Part shown: piece by piece, positions 29,228 to 38,483 of the stretch | Numbering within the stretch: position 1 is the first letter of the stretch | How the letters are laid out: each line of letters opens with the position of its first letter | Assembly: GCA_964556565.1 (NCBI GenBank) | Contig: CAZKWF010000001.1 | Coordinates: 33,035-97,034, forward strand | Length of the DNA stretch: 64,000 bases | Direction: 5' to 3' | From: an uncultured Candidatus Bathyarchaeia archaeon | GTDB lineage: Archaea; Thermoproteota; Bathyarchaeia; Bathyarchaeales; Bathyarchaeaceae | Notes under the pieces: model-generated | The model's database searches: none | What the model was told of the DNA's origin: nothing | What the model saw: only the letters and a program-made list of their open reading frames with translations | Position numbers and translations under genes: made by a program

Positions 29228-29503
29228 ATGCCAAACAAAGTTCATTGCGCCCACATCCTCGTAAAGACTGAAAAAGAGGCAAAAGAGATTCTGGAACGGT
29301 TGAAGAAAGGAGAAAAGTTTACAAACATCGCCAAAGAAGTTTCGCTCTGTCCCTCAGGAAAACAGGGTGGAGACCTTGGAACATTCGGCAGAGGAAAGAT
29401 GGTGAAGGAATTCGAGAACGCCGCTTTTGCCCTCCAGAAAGGACAGACTTCACCTATTGTAAAAACGAAGTTTGGATACCACATAGTAAAGAGGCTTGAA
29501 TAA
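29228..29503 (+). CDS. Parvulin-type peptidyl-prolyl isomerase (PpiC/PinA-like)
   Basis: 91 aa. HILVKTE...CPSGKQGGDLGTFGRGKMVKEFE...FGYHIVKR. Confidence 0.9.
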   Translation: MPNKVHCAHILVKTEKEAKEILERLKKGEKFTNIAKEVSLCPSGKQGGDLGTFGRGKMVKEFENAAFALQKGQTSPIVKTKFGYHIVKRLE

Positions 29504-29749
29504 CCAAAATTCTCCTTCGTACAATCGTGTCTAAAGACTAAATGCTGGTTGTATAGAGCTAGTTGTGACACGGTGACCGTGCATTACGAGTTGGACTTGA
29601 CCTAATTTTCCTTCGCGCTTGCTAAACCTTTTTATATGAGGGTTGCTGTTTAGTCGGTTGTCACATTAACTCATGTTGAATTAAAGAAGCTTTTTGAAGG
29701 CTTTTGAAAGATTACATGCGGAATTTTTGTGACAGGAGATGTGAAATAT

Positions 29750-30865
29750 ATGCAAATAGAATATTTCAAAGATTTGCCTTTGAGTTCAGAAGTTATGAAA
29801 GGCATTGAGGAGCTTGGATTCAGTAATCTTTTCCCAATTCAAGCTCAAGCGATAATACCATTACTTGAAGGAAAAGATGTCATTGGACAGGCAAAGACCG
29901 GAACAGGAAAGACTGCGGCTTTCGGAATACCGATGATTGAACGACTAGACCCGAAAATCAACAGTGTTCAAGGTTTAGTCTTGGAGCCTACACGCGAGCT
30001 TGCTATACAGGTTGCAGAACACATAAGTCGACTCAACAAATATGCACCATTCAAGGTTTTGCCAATTTACGGAGGAGAATCTATTCGGAAACAGATATAC
30101 GCATTGGAAAGAGGGGTCCACATTGTTGTGGGCACGCCGGGTCGCATGATAGATCATTTGAAACGAGGAACATTGAATCTGGCGTCAGTGAAAATTGTTG
30201 TTCTTGATGAGGCTGATAGAATGCTGGATATGGGGTTCATAGATGATATAGAATACATACTTTCAAAGGTGCCGGTGAACAGGCAGACAAGTCTTTTCTC
30301 GGCAACAATAGACAAGTCTGTAATGAATGTGTGCAATAGATACATGAGGAACCCTGAAAAAATACTTGTAAGCAAAGACGAAATAGCCCTTACACAGATA
30401 GACCAGTATTACATGGTTGTAAACCCTAAAGGCAAATTCAGAATCCTATGTGACATATTAGACGAAAATCACATAGAACGGGCTATAATATTCTGCAGAA
30501 CACGCATAGGCACAAGCACACTAGCAGACAAATTGAGGGAAAGAGGCTACGACGCAAGACCTTTGCATGCAGGCTTCACACAAGCGCAAAGAGACTTTGT
30601 TCTTAATTCCTTCAGAGACAGAAAGCTGAAGTTGCTTGTTGCAACGGATGTAGCTGCAAGAGGCTTGGACATTCAAGGAATAACCCATATAATAAACTAT
30701 GACATCCCATTAGACGCATTAGTGTACTTTCACAGGATTGGGCGGACAGCTAGAGTGGGACGCCCGGGAACAGCGATTACGCTTGTAGGCTACGGAGAAA
30801 TACCTGAACTTAACCAGATAAAATCTTTGACGAAAACTACTATTGACGAGTTGGAGCATAGCTAG
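29750..30865 (+). CDS. DEAD-box RNA helicase
   Basis: Q motif, AKTGTGKT, DEAD, SAT and HRIGRTAR. I prefer ATG 29750 (after AGGAG) to the track's GTG at 29729. Confidence 0.9.
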   Translation: MQIEYFKDLPLSSEVMKGIEELGFSNLFPIQAQAIIPLLEGKDVIGQAKTGTGKTAAFGIPMIERLDPKINSVQGLVLEPTRELAIQVAEHISRLNKYAPFKVLPIYGGESIRKQIYALERGVHIVVGTPGRMIDHLKRGTLNLASVKIVVLDEADRMLDMGFIDDIEYILSKVPVNRQTSLFSATIDKSVMNVCNRYMRNPEKILVSKDEIALTQIDQYYMVVNPKGKFRILCDILDENHIERAIIFCRTRIGTSTLADKLRERGYDARPLHAGFTQAQRDFVLNSFRDRKLKLLVATDVAARGLDIQGITHIINYDIPLDALVYFHRIGRTARVGRPGTAITLVGYGEIPELNQIKSLTKTTIDELEHS

Positions 30866-31033
30866 GCACAGATAAAACGGGAGAATTTGTGAGGATATAT
30901 AGCCGCTTTGTCTGCAGGCTAGATGTTGCAGAGAAAGTGGTCACTTTTTCCCAGAAAAGATAACCGTAGTGACCAAGATTATTATTGGGTTGAAATGTAA
31001 GTTGAGCCAATAATAGGTGTAAATGTAGGAGCA

Positions 31034-32317
31034 ATGCGATTGCCGATCATCTCTAGGCTGAAGCAAGAATTCTCGTTCATTCAAGGAAACTATGCTATTC
31101 TTGTGTTAAGCTGGATCATCATGGATTTCGCTATGGAACTGCCAGGCACATACTACTCGCTTTACGTTATCGATCCTGCGTTAGGGGGCACAGAGACAAT
31201 CCTTGGCGTCATAGGGTTTGCTTCTTTCTTAGCCTTAGCTCTGGTTCAGTTTCCTGGGGGTTACTTGGCGGACAGACATGGAAGAAAATGGTTGATTTCA
31301 ACAATGACTTTCGGAGTAGCGCTGTCATACATTTTTTATGCTTTAGCTCCCAGTTGGCATTCGATCTTGGTTGGAGCTATGATTGGAAACTTATGCCTAA
31401 TCTATCAGCCAGCTCTCTTGGCCATGGTCGCAGATTCGCTTCCGTCTGAGAAAAGGGGCATGGGTTTCTCGATCATCACCCTTATTACCCGTGTTGCGAC
31501 GACTCCTGCTCCTGCAGTGGCCGCTTTTCTGGTAACCTTTTACGAGTTTGTCCCTGGTATGAGAATATGTTATTTTATTCTGGTGGCTCTTTTCTTGACT
31601 GCAGCTACTTTGAGGTCACGATTGCGAGAAACTGTGGGAGAGGGTGGGAGTATAGATCGTCGAGAGTTCGTGAGCTCTTATCCTAGAGCTATAAGAGAGG
31701 GTGTGGCTGTTTGGAGGAAGGTGCCTCGTTCAATGATCTATCTTTTCTTGTCCAATCTGGTAGGAACACTCGGTTTTGCTGTAGGTATGCTTCTTTTCAA
31801 TGTCTATGCGGTGGACACTTATGATGCGTACGGGAACATCGTGCACGCATCTGTGTTACATATTTCAACTGTTGACTGGGCGATATTAGGGATGTTCCTT
31901 TTTGTGACAATGATAATATTCGCCATTCCCGTTGGCAAACTTGTTGATAAGGTGGGAAGAAAGATTCCGATACTATTAGGGCTAGGGCTCCTTGCGCCTT
32001 CCAGTTTGCTCTTTGTCTATGGAGATTTACCAAAGCTGTATATTTGTATGCCATTATTTGGTCTAGCACAAATACTACTGATGGTTGGATTTTCAGCTCT
32101 GCAAGCTGACTTGGTTCCTAAAGAGCAGCGAGGAAAAATCATTGGGTCTTCGAACTTCGTTAACTACATCATAATGGCGCTGGGTACGTTAGCTGGGGGT
32201 TTCATCTATGAACATGTCTCTCCTCAACTTCCGTTTCTTATTCCGGTAGTGTTTGTTGTTCCCGAGATTTTGATAATTCTGTTCTTAGTTCATGAACCTG
32301 AGAAGAGAGAAGAATAA
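31034..32317 (+). CDS. MFS transporter
   Basis: 427 aa, about 12 TM helices, with GGYLADRHGRK loop motif. Paralog of 61784-63028. Confidence 0.85.
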   Translation: MRLPIISRLKQEFSFIQGNYAILVLSWIIMDFAMELPGTYYSLYVIDPALGGTETILGVIGFASFLALALVQFPGGYLADRHGRKWLISTMTFGVALSYIFYALAPSWHSILVGAMIGNLCLIYQPALLAMVADSLPSEKRGMGFSIITLITRVATTPAPAVAAFLVTFYEFVPGMRICYFILVALFLTAATLRSRLRETVGEGGSIDRREFVSSYPRAIREGVAVWRKVPRSMIYLFLSNLVGTLGFAVGMLLFNVYAVDTYDAYGNIVHASVLHISTVDWAILGMFLFVTMIIFAIPVGKLVDKVGRKIPILLGLGLLAPSSLLFVYGDLPKLYICMPLFGLAQILLMVGFSALQADLVPKEQRGKIIGSSNFVNYIIMALGTLAGGFIYEHVSPQLPFLIPVVFVVPEILIILFLVHEPEKREE

Positions 32318-32377
32318 GACGAGTGTGGGTTAACCGATTTCTTGATAGAAGCGTCACTTTGTTTCAATAATGTTGTT

Positions 32378-32920
32378 CTAGTATTCGATTCCTTTTCTGC
32401 CGAGTGTGCCTTGGGCATAAGGATGCTTGACTTCTCTCATTTCAGTAACGAGGTCAGCTGCATCAATGATTTCAGAAGGAGCGTAACGACCGGTTAGAAC
32501 CAATTCTACGTGTTTAGGCTTGTTTTCAATTAGTTCAACCACTTCATTAGTCTTTATCATTTTTAGGTTCAGAGCTACGTTGATCTCATCCAAAATGACG
32601 ATGTCGTATTCACCGCTGTTAACGATTTCCTTGGCAAACTTCAAGGCTTCATTGGCTCGTTTGACATCTTCTACGAGTGGAGGGTCTTCCGTAATGTATC
32701 TGCCTTGGCCGAAAGCCTTCAGTTTGAAGTCTGGAAGTTGCTCGATAATGTGAAGTTCGCCATGTTTGAAGTCGCCGCCTTTGATGAACTGGATCATATG
32801 AACCTTGAAACCCCATCCGATGGCGCGTAATGCTAATCCGAGAGCGGCTGATGTCTTGCCCTTTCCATCTCCTGTATAGACCTGCGTTAGTCCTTTTTCT
32901 AATCGTTGTTTCGTCATCAC
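32378..32920 (-). CDS. cobO: Cob(I)alamin adenosyltransferase (CobO/BtuR type)
   Basis: 180 aa. VYTGDGKGKTSAALGLALRA P-loop, with ILDEINVAL. Confidence 0.85.
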   Translation of the reverse strand: MMTKQRLEKGLTQVYTGDGKGKTSAALGLALRAIGWGFKVHMIQFIKGGDFKHGELHIIEQLPDFKLKAFGQGRYITEDPPLVEDVKRANEALKFAKEIVNSGEYDIVILDEINVALNLKMIKTNEVVELIENKPKHVELVLTGRYAPSEIIDAADLVTEMREVKHPYAQGTLGRKGIEY

Positions 32921-32935
32921 GGTTTCTCCATTACC

Positions 32936-33901
32936 TTACCGGTGTCTTTTGAATCCTTTCAGCCTCTCTTCAAGTAATGTATCTGCAGCTGAATATGGAT
33001 CTGTTTTCTTTGCAAAAATTTTCTCAACGAGTTTTTCTAATTCGCCCTTGCGCTTCAGCTCGTCTATGATAGAATCAGTTGTCTTTTGCTTGATTGCTTC
33101 GACCAGTTCTGTTTCAGCTTTTTGTCTGCGCTGTGTGTCAAAGCCTTCTTTTTTCAGATATTTCATGTGCTGGTTTATGTGGTTGAGAAGCTCTGTGGTT
33201 CCTTCGCCTTTCGCGGCTGTTGTCTTGATGACTGGTGGCTTCCATTTTTCCTTCTCTGAACTCATATTCAACATTGTTTCTATGTCAATCACAGCCTCAT
33301 CTGCGTTCTCGCGGTCAGCCTTGTTCACTACGAAAATGTCTCCTATTTCCATCATGCCTGCTTTGATGGCTTGTATGTCATCGCCTAATCCTGGAGCCAG
33401 CACAACAACTACGGTGTGAGCGACTTTTATGATGTCAACTTCGGATTGTCCGGCTCCAACGGTTTCAACTATGACCGCGTCTTTGCCCGAAGCGTCTAAC
33501 ACTTTAACTGCGTCTTTTGTAGCCCTCGCTAGTCCGCCAGGACTGTTTCTTGTTGCCATGCTTCGGATGAAAACTTCTTCGTCTGTGCTGAGTTTCTGCA
33601 TGCGTATGCGGTCTCCGAGGAATGCGCCTCCTGTGAAGGGGCTGCTTGGGTCTACGGCTATTATGCCTACGCGTTTTCGTTTTTTTCGTAGTTCTTCGAC
33701 TAGTCTTTTTATTAATGTGCTTTTTCCTGAGCCTGTGGGTCCGGTTATGCCTATTATGTGTGCTTTGCCTGTGTGTGGGTAGAGTTTGGATACGGCTTTT
33801 TGGGCTTCTGTTGGGTTGTTTTCGATGAGGGTGATGGTTTTGGCTATGGATCTTTGGTTGCCTTTGAGTACGCCGTTGACGAGTTGTTTGGTTTGGTTCA
33901 A
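32936..33901 (-). CDS. meaB: MeaB/ArgK-type G-protein chaperone of methylmalonyl-CoA mutase
   Basis: 321 aa. GITGPTGSGKSTL, ETVGAGQSE and VVNKADR motifs. Confidence 0.9.
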   Translation of the reverse strand: MNQTKQLVNGVLKGNQRSIAKTITLIENNPTEAQKAVSKLYPHTGKAHIIGITGPTGSGKSTLIKRLVEELRKKRKRVGIIAVDPSSPFTGGAFLGDRIRMQKLSTDEEVFIRSMATRNSPGGLARATKDAVKVLDASGKDAVIVETVGAGQSEVDIIKVAHTVVVVLAPGLGDDIQAIKAGMMEIGDIFVVNKADRENADEAVIDIETMLNMSSEKEKWKPPVIKTTAAKGEGTTELLNHINQHMKYLKKEGFDTQRRQKAETELVEAIKQKTTDSIIDELKRKGELEKLVEKIFAKKTDPYSAADTLLEERLKGFKRHR

Positions 33902-33932
33902 TGTTGGTCCCGTGTTTTTGAGAGTCGGTGGA

Positions 33933-34340
33933 CTATTTTCTTTCTTGTGTGTGCTTTTTGATGTACCCTATGATTGTGTTTGTGGGGGTGTCTGGTCCGA
34001 ATACTTCGGCTATGCCGATTTTCTTTAATGCGGGGATATCTTCATCTGGGATGACTCCTCCTCCGAGTACTAGGATGTCGTTTAGTCCTTTTTGTTTCAT
34101 TAGTTCTGTTATTTTTGGGAAGAGTGTCATGTGGGCGCCTGATAGTATGCTCAGGGCGACTACGTCTACGTCTTCTTGTAAAGCGGTTTCTACGATTTGT
34201 TCGGGTGTTTGCCATAGCCCTGTGTAGATGACTTCCATGCCGGCGTCTCTGAACGCTCTTGCGATGACTTTGGCTCCTCTGTCGTGGCTGTCAAGTCCTG
34301 GTTTTGCGACTACGATTCTGATTTTTCTTTTTGTGCTCAT
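33933..34340 (-). CDS. Methylmalonyl-CoA mutase, B12-binding subunit
   Basis: 135 aa. [15 protein letters not shown] (the DxHxxG cobalamin motif) and a GGGVIP tail. Confidence 0.9.
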   Translation of the reverse strand: MSTKRKIRIVVAKPGLDSHDRGAKVIARAFRDAGMEVIYTGLWQTPEQIVETALQEDVDVVALSILSGAHMTLFPKITELMKQKGLNDILVLGGGVIPDEDIPALKKIGIAEVFGPDTPTNTIIGYIKKHTQERK

Positions 34341-34359
34341 TTTTTCGGTTCGCCCTCCT

Positions 34360-36075
34360 TTAAATTATGATTTGTTCTTTATATTGTCCGTAGACATTGC
34401 GGAGGACGTCGCAGATTTCTCCAAGCGTAGCATAAGCCTTTACGGCTTCTATTATTGTGGGCATCAGGTTTTCGTCATGTTCAGCGGCCTTGTGGAGCTT
34501 ATCAAGCATGTCTTTTGGTTTTTTGTTGTTTCGTTTCTTTTTCAGCCTTTCTAGTCCGTCTACTTGTTCTTTTTCTGCTTGCTGCTCTATTCTCAACAGT
34601 TTTATGGGTATCCATTCTTTCTCTACCGTGTATTCGTTGACTCCGACTATGGTTCTTTGTTCGTTTTCTATCTCTTTTTGATATTTGTAAGCGCTATCAG
34701 CGATTTCTTTTTGGAAGAATCCTTTTTCTATTCCAGCGATTACTCCGCCCATTGAATCTATTTTGTTAATGTATTCCATCGCGTGTTCTTCCATTTCGTT
34801 TGTTAAGGCTTCTAGGCAGTATGATCCTGCGAGTGGGTCTATGGTGTCTGTTACTCCGGTTTCGTGGGCGATTATTTGTTGAGTTCGTAGAGCTACTCTG
34901 ACTGCCTCTTCAGACGGTAGAGCTAGTGCCTCGTCAAATGAGTTGGTGTGTAGTGATTGTGTGCCTCCTAGTACTGATGCTAAGGATTGGAATGCGACTC
35001 GTATGACGTTGTTGATTGGTTGCGTTGCGGTTAGTGTGCATCCTGATGTTTGGATGTGCATTCTCATCCATTGTGATCGTGGTTTTTTGGCTTTGAATCG
35101 TTCTTTCATGATCTTAGCCCATAGTCTTCGTGCTGCTCTGAATTTGGCTATTTCTTCTAGGAAGTTGTTGTGGGCTGCGAAGAAGAATGATAGTCTGGGT
35201 GCGAATTGGTCGACTTTTAGTCCTCGTTCGAGTGCGGATTCTACGTAGGTGATTCCGTCTGCTAGTGTGAAGGCGAGTTCTTGTACGGCGTTTGAGCCTG
35301 CTTCTCGGATGTGGTATCCGCTGATGCTTATGGGGTTCCATTTAGGCAAATGTTTCGCACAGTATTCTGTGATGTCTGTGACGAGTTTGACTGAGGGTTT
35401 TGGTGGGAATATGCATAGTTTTTGTGCGTGGAATTCTTTTAGGTTGTCGTTTTGGGTTGTTCCTCCGAGTTTTTTTCTGGGTACTCCTTGCATATCCCCT
35501 ATTGCGATGTACATTGCTAGTAGCATGGTTGCTGGTCCGTTTATGGTCATGGATGTGGTTACTTTGTTTAAGGGTATTCCGTTGAATAGAACCTCCATGT
35601 CTTGTAATGAAGATACTGCTACGCCGCATTTGCCTACTTCGCCTTGTGACAGTGGGTGGTCTGAGTCTAGGCCTAGTATGGTTGGGTAGTCGAATGCGAT
35701 GCTTAGTCCTGTCTCGCCTTCTTTCAGTAGGTATTTGAATCGTTTGTTTGTTTGTTGGGCTGTTCCGTATCCTGAGAATTGTCTCATGGTCCATAGGCGT
35801 CCTCTGTACATGGTTGCGTGTAGGCCTCTTGTGAATGGGGGTTCTCCTGGGAAGCCTAGGTCTCGTGTGTAGTCTACGTTTTTGTTGTCTTCTGGTGTGT
35901 ATAATCGTTTGATGTGTATGTTTGATGAAGTGTGAAAATCATTTTTTCTTTCAGGGTGTCTGCTTATCCATTCTGGAACTGTTTTTGTTTTCCAGTTTTT
36001 TCTTTTTTTCTGGACTTCGCTGAGTTTGTGTTCGTCAAACACTTGTTTCTTGCCTCCGTCAATTTTAGTAATCAT
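34360..36075 (-). CDS. Methylmalonyl-CoA mutase, catalytic (substrate-binding) subunit
   Basis: 571 aa. [24 protein letters not shown] and IAFDYPT match the mutase TIM-barrel signatures. Confidence 0.9.
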   Translation of the reverse strand: MITKIDGGKKQVFDEHKLSEVQKKRKNWKTKTVPEWISRHPERKNDFHTSSNIHIKRLYTPEDNKNVDYTRDLGFPGEPPFTRGLHATMYRGRLWTMRQFSGYGTAQQTNKRFKYLLKEGETGLSIAFDYPTILGLDSDHPLSQGEVGKCGVAVSSLQDMEVLFNGIPLNKVTTSMTINGPATMLLAMYIAIGDMQGVPRKKLGGTTQNDNLKEFHAQKLCIFPPKPSVKLVTDITEYCAKHLPKWNPISISGYHIREAGSNAVQELAFTLADGITYVESALERGLKVDQFAPRLSFFFAAHNNFLEEIAKFRAARRLWAKIMKERFKAKKPRSQWMRMHIQTSGCTLTATQPINNVIRVAFQSLASVLGGTQSLHTNSFDEALALPSEEAVRVALRTQQIIAHETGVTDTIDPLAGSYCLEALTNEMEEHAMEYINKIDSMGGVIAGIEKGFFQKEIADSAYKYQKEIENEQRTIVGVNEYTVEKEWIPIKLLRIEQQAEKEQVDGLERLKKKRNNKKPKDMLDKLHKAAEHDENLMPTIIEAVKAYATLGEICDVLRNVYGQYKEQIII

Positions 36076-36172
36076 ATTATTGTTCGTCCTAAAAAGTTGT
36101 TTCTGCTTGATTCTTCTTGTTTATGGGTGTTCTGTTTTGTATTTGTGTTTGGGTTTTTCACATTCTTTTATT

Positions 36173-36210
36173 CTCTCTCTTTTATAGACCCCCCTATAGC
36201 CCCCCCTAAT
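36173..36210 (-). promoter_or_regulatory. Promoter/leader module copy (proximal of a tandem pair)
   Basis: ctctctcttttatagacccccctatagccccccctaat. The CT-tract lies 97 nt from the mutase ATG (36075). Confidence 0.6.
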
Positions 36211-36228
36211 TCTTTGTAGCTCCTTATG

Positions 36229-36260
36229 TCTCTCTCTAGACCCCCTACCTAATTTTTTTT
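36229..36260 (-). promoter_or_regulatory. Promoter/leader module copy (distal of the tandem pair)
   Basis: tctctctctagaccccctacctaatttttttt. Confidence 0.5.
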
Positions 36261-36313
36261 GATAAGCTTGAAGTGAGCTTCTTTTTGTGAACAGCGCTTG
36301 AATATTGCTCAAG

Positions 36314-36360
36314 TCACGAGGGAATAGATGGGAAAAGATGCAAAAAGGCGGGAAAAGTGA
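36314..36360 (-). promoter_or_regulatory. 10-bp-periodic repeat array upstream of the mutase promoter modules
   Basis: cacgagggaatagatgggaaaagatgcaaaaaggcgggaaaagtga aligns with the reverse complement of 20131-20180 (cacgataggaatagatagcaaaagataggaaaagatacgaaaagatggga). Confidence 0.6.
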
Positions 36361-36936
36361 GCCAGGTTGCTGGAGTGAATGTCGTAAGTAAGGTGCAGTT
36401 GTATGTAGACCTTTTTAATTACCCAGCCTGTGGAGAGGAAGCCGCTGAGATGATACTTAGGGTTCTAGAGAAGGAGTGGGCCATCCAAGAAAGCTAGAGG
36501 CAATTCAAAATTTTCGCTTGAGTTTAAATAGTTTCGCTATTAACGAAAACGCTACCATATGAAATGCACACGTTTCCTTTTGTCTTAGATTTTCTTCTTA
36601 ACGAAACTGTAAGGCAATCCGACAGAAGATGCACTATCGCTATCGGATATTTTTCTCGGGAAATACGTACGCATGAACGACAGATCAGGGTATAAAACAT
36701 GGAGAAACTCGTATGTCTTGTAGAGAGGAAAAGTTGGCCTGACCAAGCCTAGAGTCTGCCATGGGCATGGAGAGATTATTGCGCTATTCTATTTGGAGCA
36801 TATTTGGCGAGGTATGTTGAAAACAACCGCTTTTTAATGGAGATGTGCTTCGCATGCTTGCTTTTCGTGTGGGTTTGGTTTTCGAAAATGATTTAAGGTT
36901 TGCTGCGTATGTTTGTTTGAGTCTGGTGATTTAGAA

Positions 36937-37179
36937 ATGGAGCCTGTTGTTGCTATGCTTTCAAGGTATGAGGAAAATGCGAAATGGCTTAGTAGTCACT
37001 ATGAGGAGTTGAAGAAGAGGTTTAAGGACGAGTGGATTGGGGTTCTGAACGAAACTGTTGTTGATCATGACCGCGAGTTGGGTAGGCTTGTTAAAAGGTT
37101 GCGTAAGAAGTATTCAGAGGCTTACAATGAGATTGCAGTGGAGTACGTCACTGCTAAAGAGATAGAGCTGATACTCTGA
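36937..37179 (+). CDS. DUF5678-like small protein (antitoxin-like partner)
   Basis: 80 aa from ATG 36937 (track TTG 36913). Pattern ...YEELKKRFKDEWIGVLNETVVDHDRELGRLVKRLRKKY. Confidence 0.55.
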   Translation: MEPVVAMLSRYEENAKWLSSHYEELKKRFKDEWIGVLNETVVDHDRELGRLVKRLRKKYSEAYNEIAVEYVTAKEIELIL

Positions 37180-37192
37180 AAAAGGGGATTTT

Positions 37193-37636
37193 TTGAGGAT
37201 TCCCTGCTTTTTTAAGCCTGGAATTTTTGAAGCGGCTTATGTTGTTGCCGTCTTAGAATCTAATGCTCTGGGTATGTGTGAGACAATTGAGTTTTTGGTT
37301 GATACTGGGGCTTCGAGGACAACGATCTGCGATAAGGATGCGATTAGATTAGGCATAGATTTTGGCAAGTTGGAGAAGCTTGGCGAGGGCATGCTTGGAA
37401 TAGGCGGAGTGGTTGACACCTATGTTTTGAAGGATGTTAAACTCGTTTTCCGCAGGGAAGACGAGAAAGGTCATGTGCAAAATTTTGAAAGAATTTACGT
37501 TTTGAAGCATGCTGCCTTAGACGAGAGAATTATGAGGATTCCAAGCATTCTCGGAAGAGACATACTAAACAAGTACGCGCTTATTTACGATAAAAGACAT
37601 GAAAAGGCATACATAACGGATGAAACGCTTACCTAA
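37193..37636 (+). CDS. Retropepsin-like (clan AA) aspartic protease
   Basis: 147 aa. Catalytic FLVDTGASRTTI (D-T-G-A) and C-terminal ILGRDIL. Starts 13 nt after the upstream gene. Confidence 0.7.
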   Translation: MRIPCFFKPGIFEAAYVVAVLESNALGMCETIEFLVDTGASRTTICDKDAIRLGIDFGKLEKLGEGMLGIGGVVDTYVLKDVKLVFRREDEKGHVQNFERIYVLKHAALDERIMRIPSILGRDILNKYALIYDKRHEKAYITDETLT

Positions 37637-38040
37637 AATCTTAAGCTATATTGGCTTTAAGTTTAGGTTCCAAATATTCTTAGGTTTCACGATGGGATTT
37701 AGGTTTGAAGCAAACCATCAAGGGCTTGTAGGTCTGTCGATGCTTATTGTCAAGTGCAAAGATGACAACGCAACAGGATGCCGAAATGTTGTTAAGGCTG
37801 GATGTGATTTTGTTTCAGAAGTCTGATCTTTCTCTTCTCGAAAGTCTCTTTCTGAAGCATTCATTCAATCGCATTATTTCACTACCGGAAGGTTGCCTTG
37901 GAGCGCGATGCCGTCAACCAACATTCATGTAGAGTGTAAATGAGGATGGCGGCTTTTGTTTTCAATCTCCTCTGCTGAGATATAGACGTGGATCAAACGC
38001 TATGCTATATAGTATTGGTAACAGACCTTGCAGCGTGAGT

Positions 38041-38244
38041 TTACGTTTTCTTAATGAATTCGATTAGTGCAATTATGATGCCAGCTAACGCTACTAGTCC
38101 GCCTAGAATTTCCATAGCTGTCCAGAAGTTCATGTCGCCTCTTGTGATGAAGGCTATTAGGCAATTCCTTTGAGAAGCGTAAAAACCCAAAATTGTGCCG
38201 ACAATGAAAAGAGCTAAACCGAAGAGAATCAAGCTTTTCCTCAT
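38041..38244 (-). CDS. 67-aa two-TM membrane protein (copy 1)
   Basis: Its C-terminal 44 aa are identical to those of the 44575-44778 product. Confidence 0.6.
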   Translation of the reverse strand: MRKSLILFGLALFIVGTILGFYASQRNCLIAFITRGDMNFWTAMEILGGLVALAGIIIALIEFIKKT

Positions 38245-38307
38245 AAATCATCCCAACAAATCATACATCTAATTTAATGCATAGGCAAAGTCTTCTTTTG
38301 AGTTTGG
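38041..38307. repeat. Direct repeat, left copy (pairs with 44575-44840)
   Basis: By hand alignment the first 120 nt have 3 mismatches (97.5%) and the next 84 nt have 16 mismatches (81%). Similarity continues about 60 nt beyond the start codon. Confidence 0.85.
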
Positions 38308-38413
38308 TCTGCATGTATGCGCACGGCCTGCAAGGACCACAGGTTTGGCAGGCTTAGACTCGATTCTCCCCCTACCAGGCTAGGGCAACCCCGTAAAGGT
38401 AACTCCCTCATTT

Positions 38414-38423
38414 TGCATGCATG
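38414..38423. repeat. ATGCATGCAT-family palindrome
   Basis: tgcatgcatg, 61 nt beyond the 3' end of 38484-39173. Confidence 0.7.
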
Positions 38424-38483
38424 GGGCGACTATTCTCTATCTCTTCTGGTCTCTAATCGTTTCTCCTTTCGGTCTTCGCAATG

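Noticed and set aside
33429-36219. A dense series of plus-strand ORFs (L/F/V/C/S-rich, 60-146 aa) antisense to the mutase/MeaB operon.
   Set aside because: They are antisense artefacts of the G+T-rich template strand, which is poor in stop-forming A. None has recognisable motifs, and the minus-strand genes are unambiguous.
36360-36490. A short open frame (...KVSQVAGVNVVSKVQLYVDLFNYPACGEEAAEMILRVLEKEWAIQES*) that looks protein-like.
   Set aside because: It has no canonical start codon in frame, overlaps the regulatory repeat array, and has no motif I can assign. It is possibly a gene remnant.
38364-38385. CCCCCTACCAGGCTAGGG, about 120 nt upstream of the 67-aa gene (copy 1), considered as a degenerate palindromic module copy.
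   Set aside because: Only the C-run/TAGGG halves match. There is no CT tract or conserved leader, and the paralogous copy 2 upstream region lacks it.
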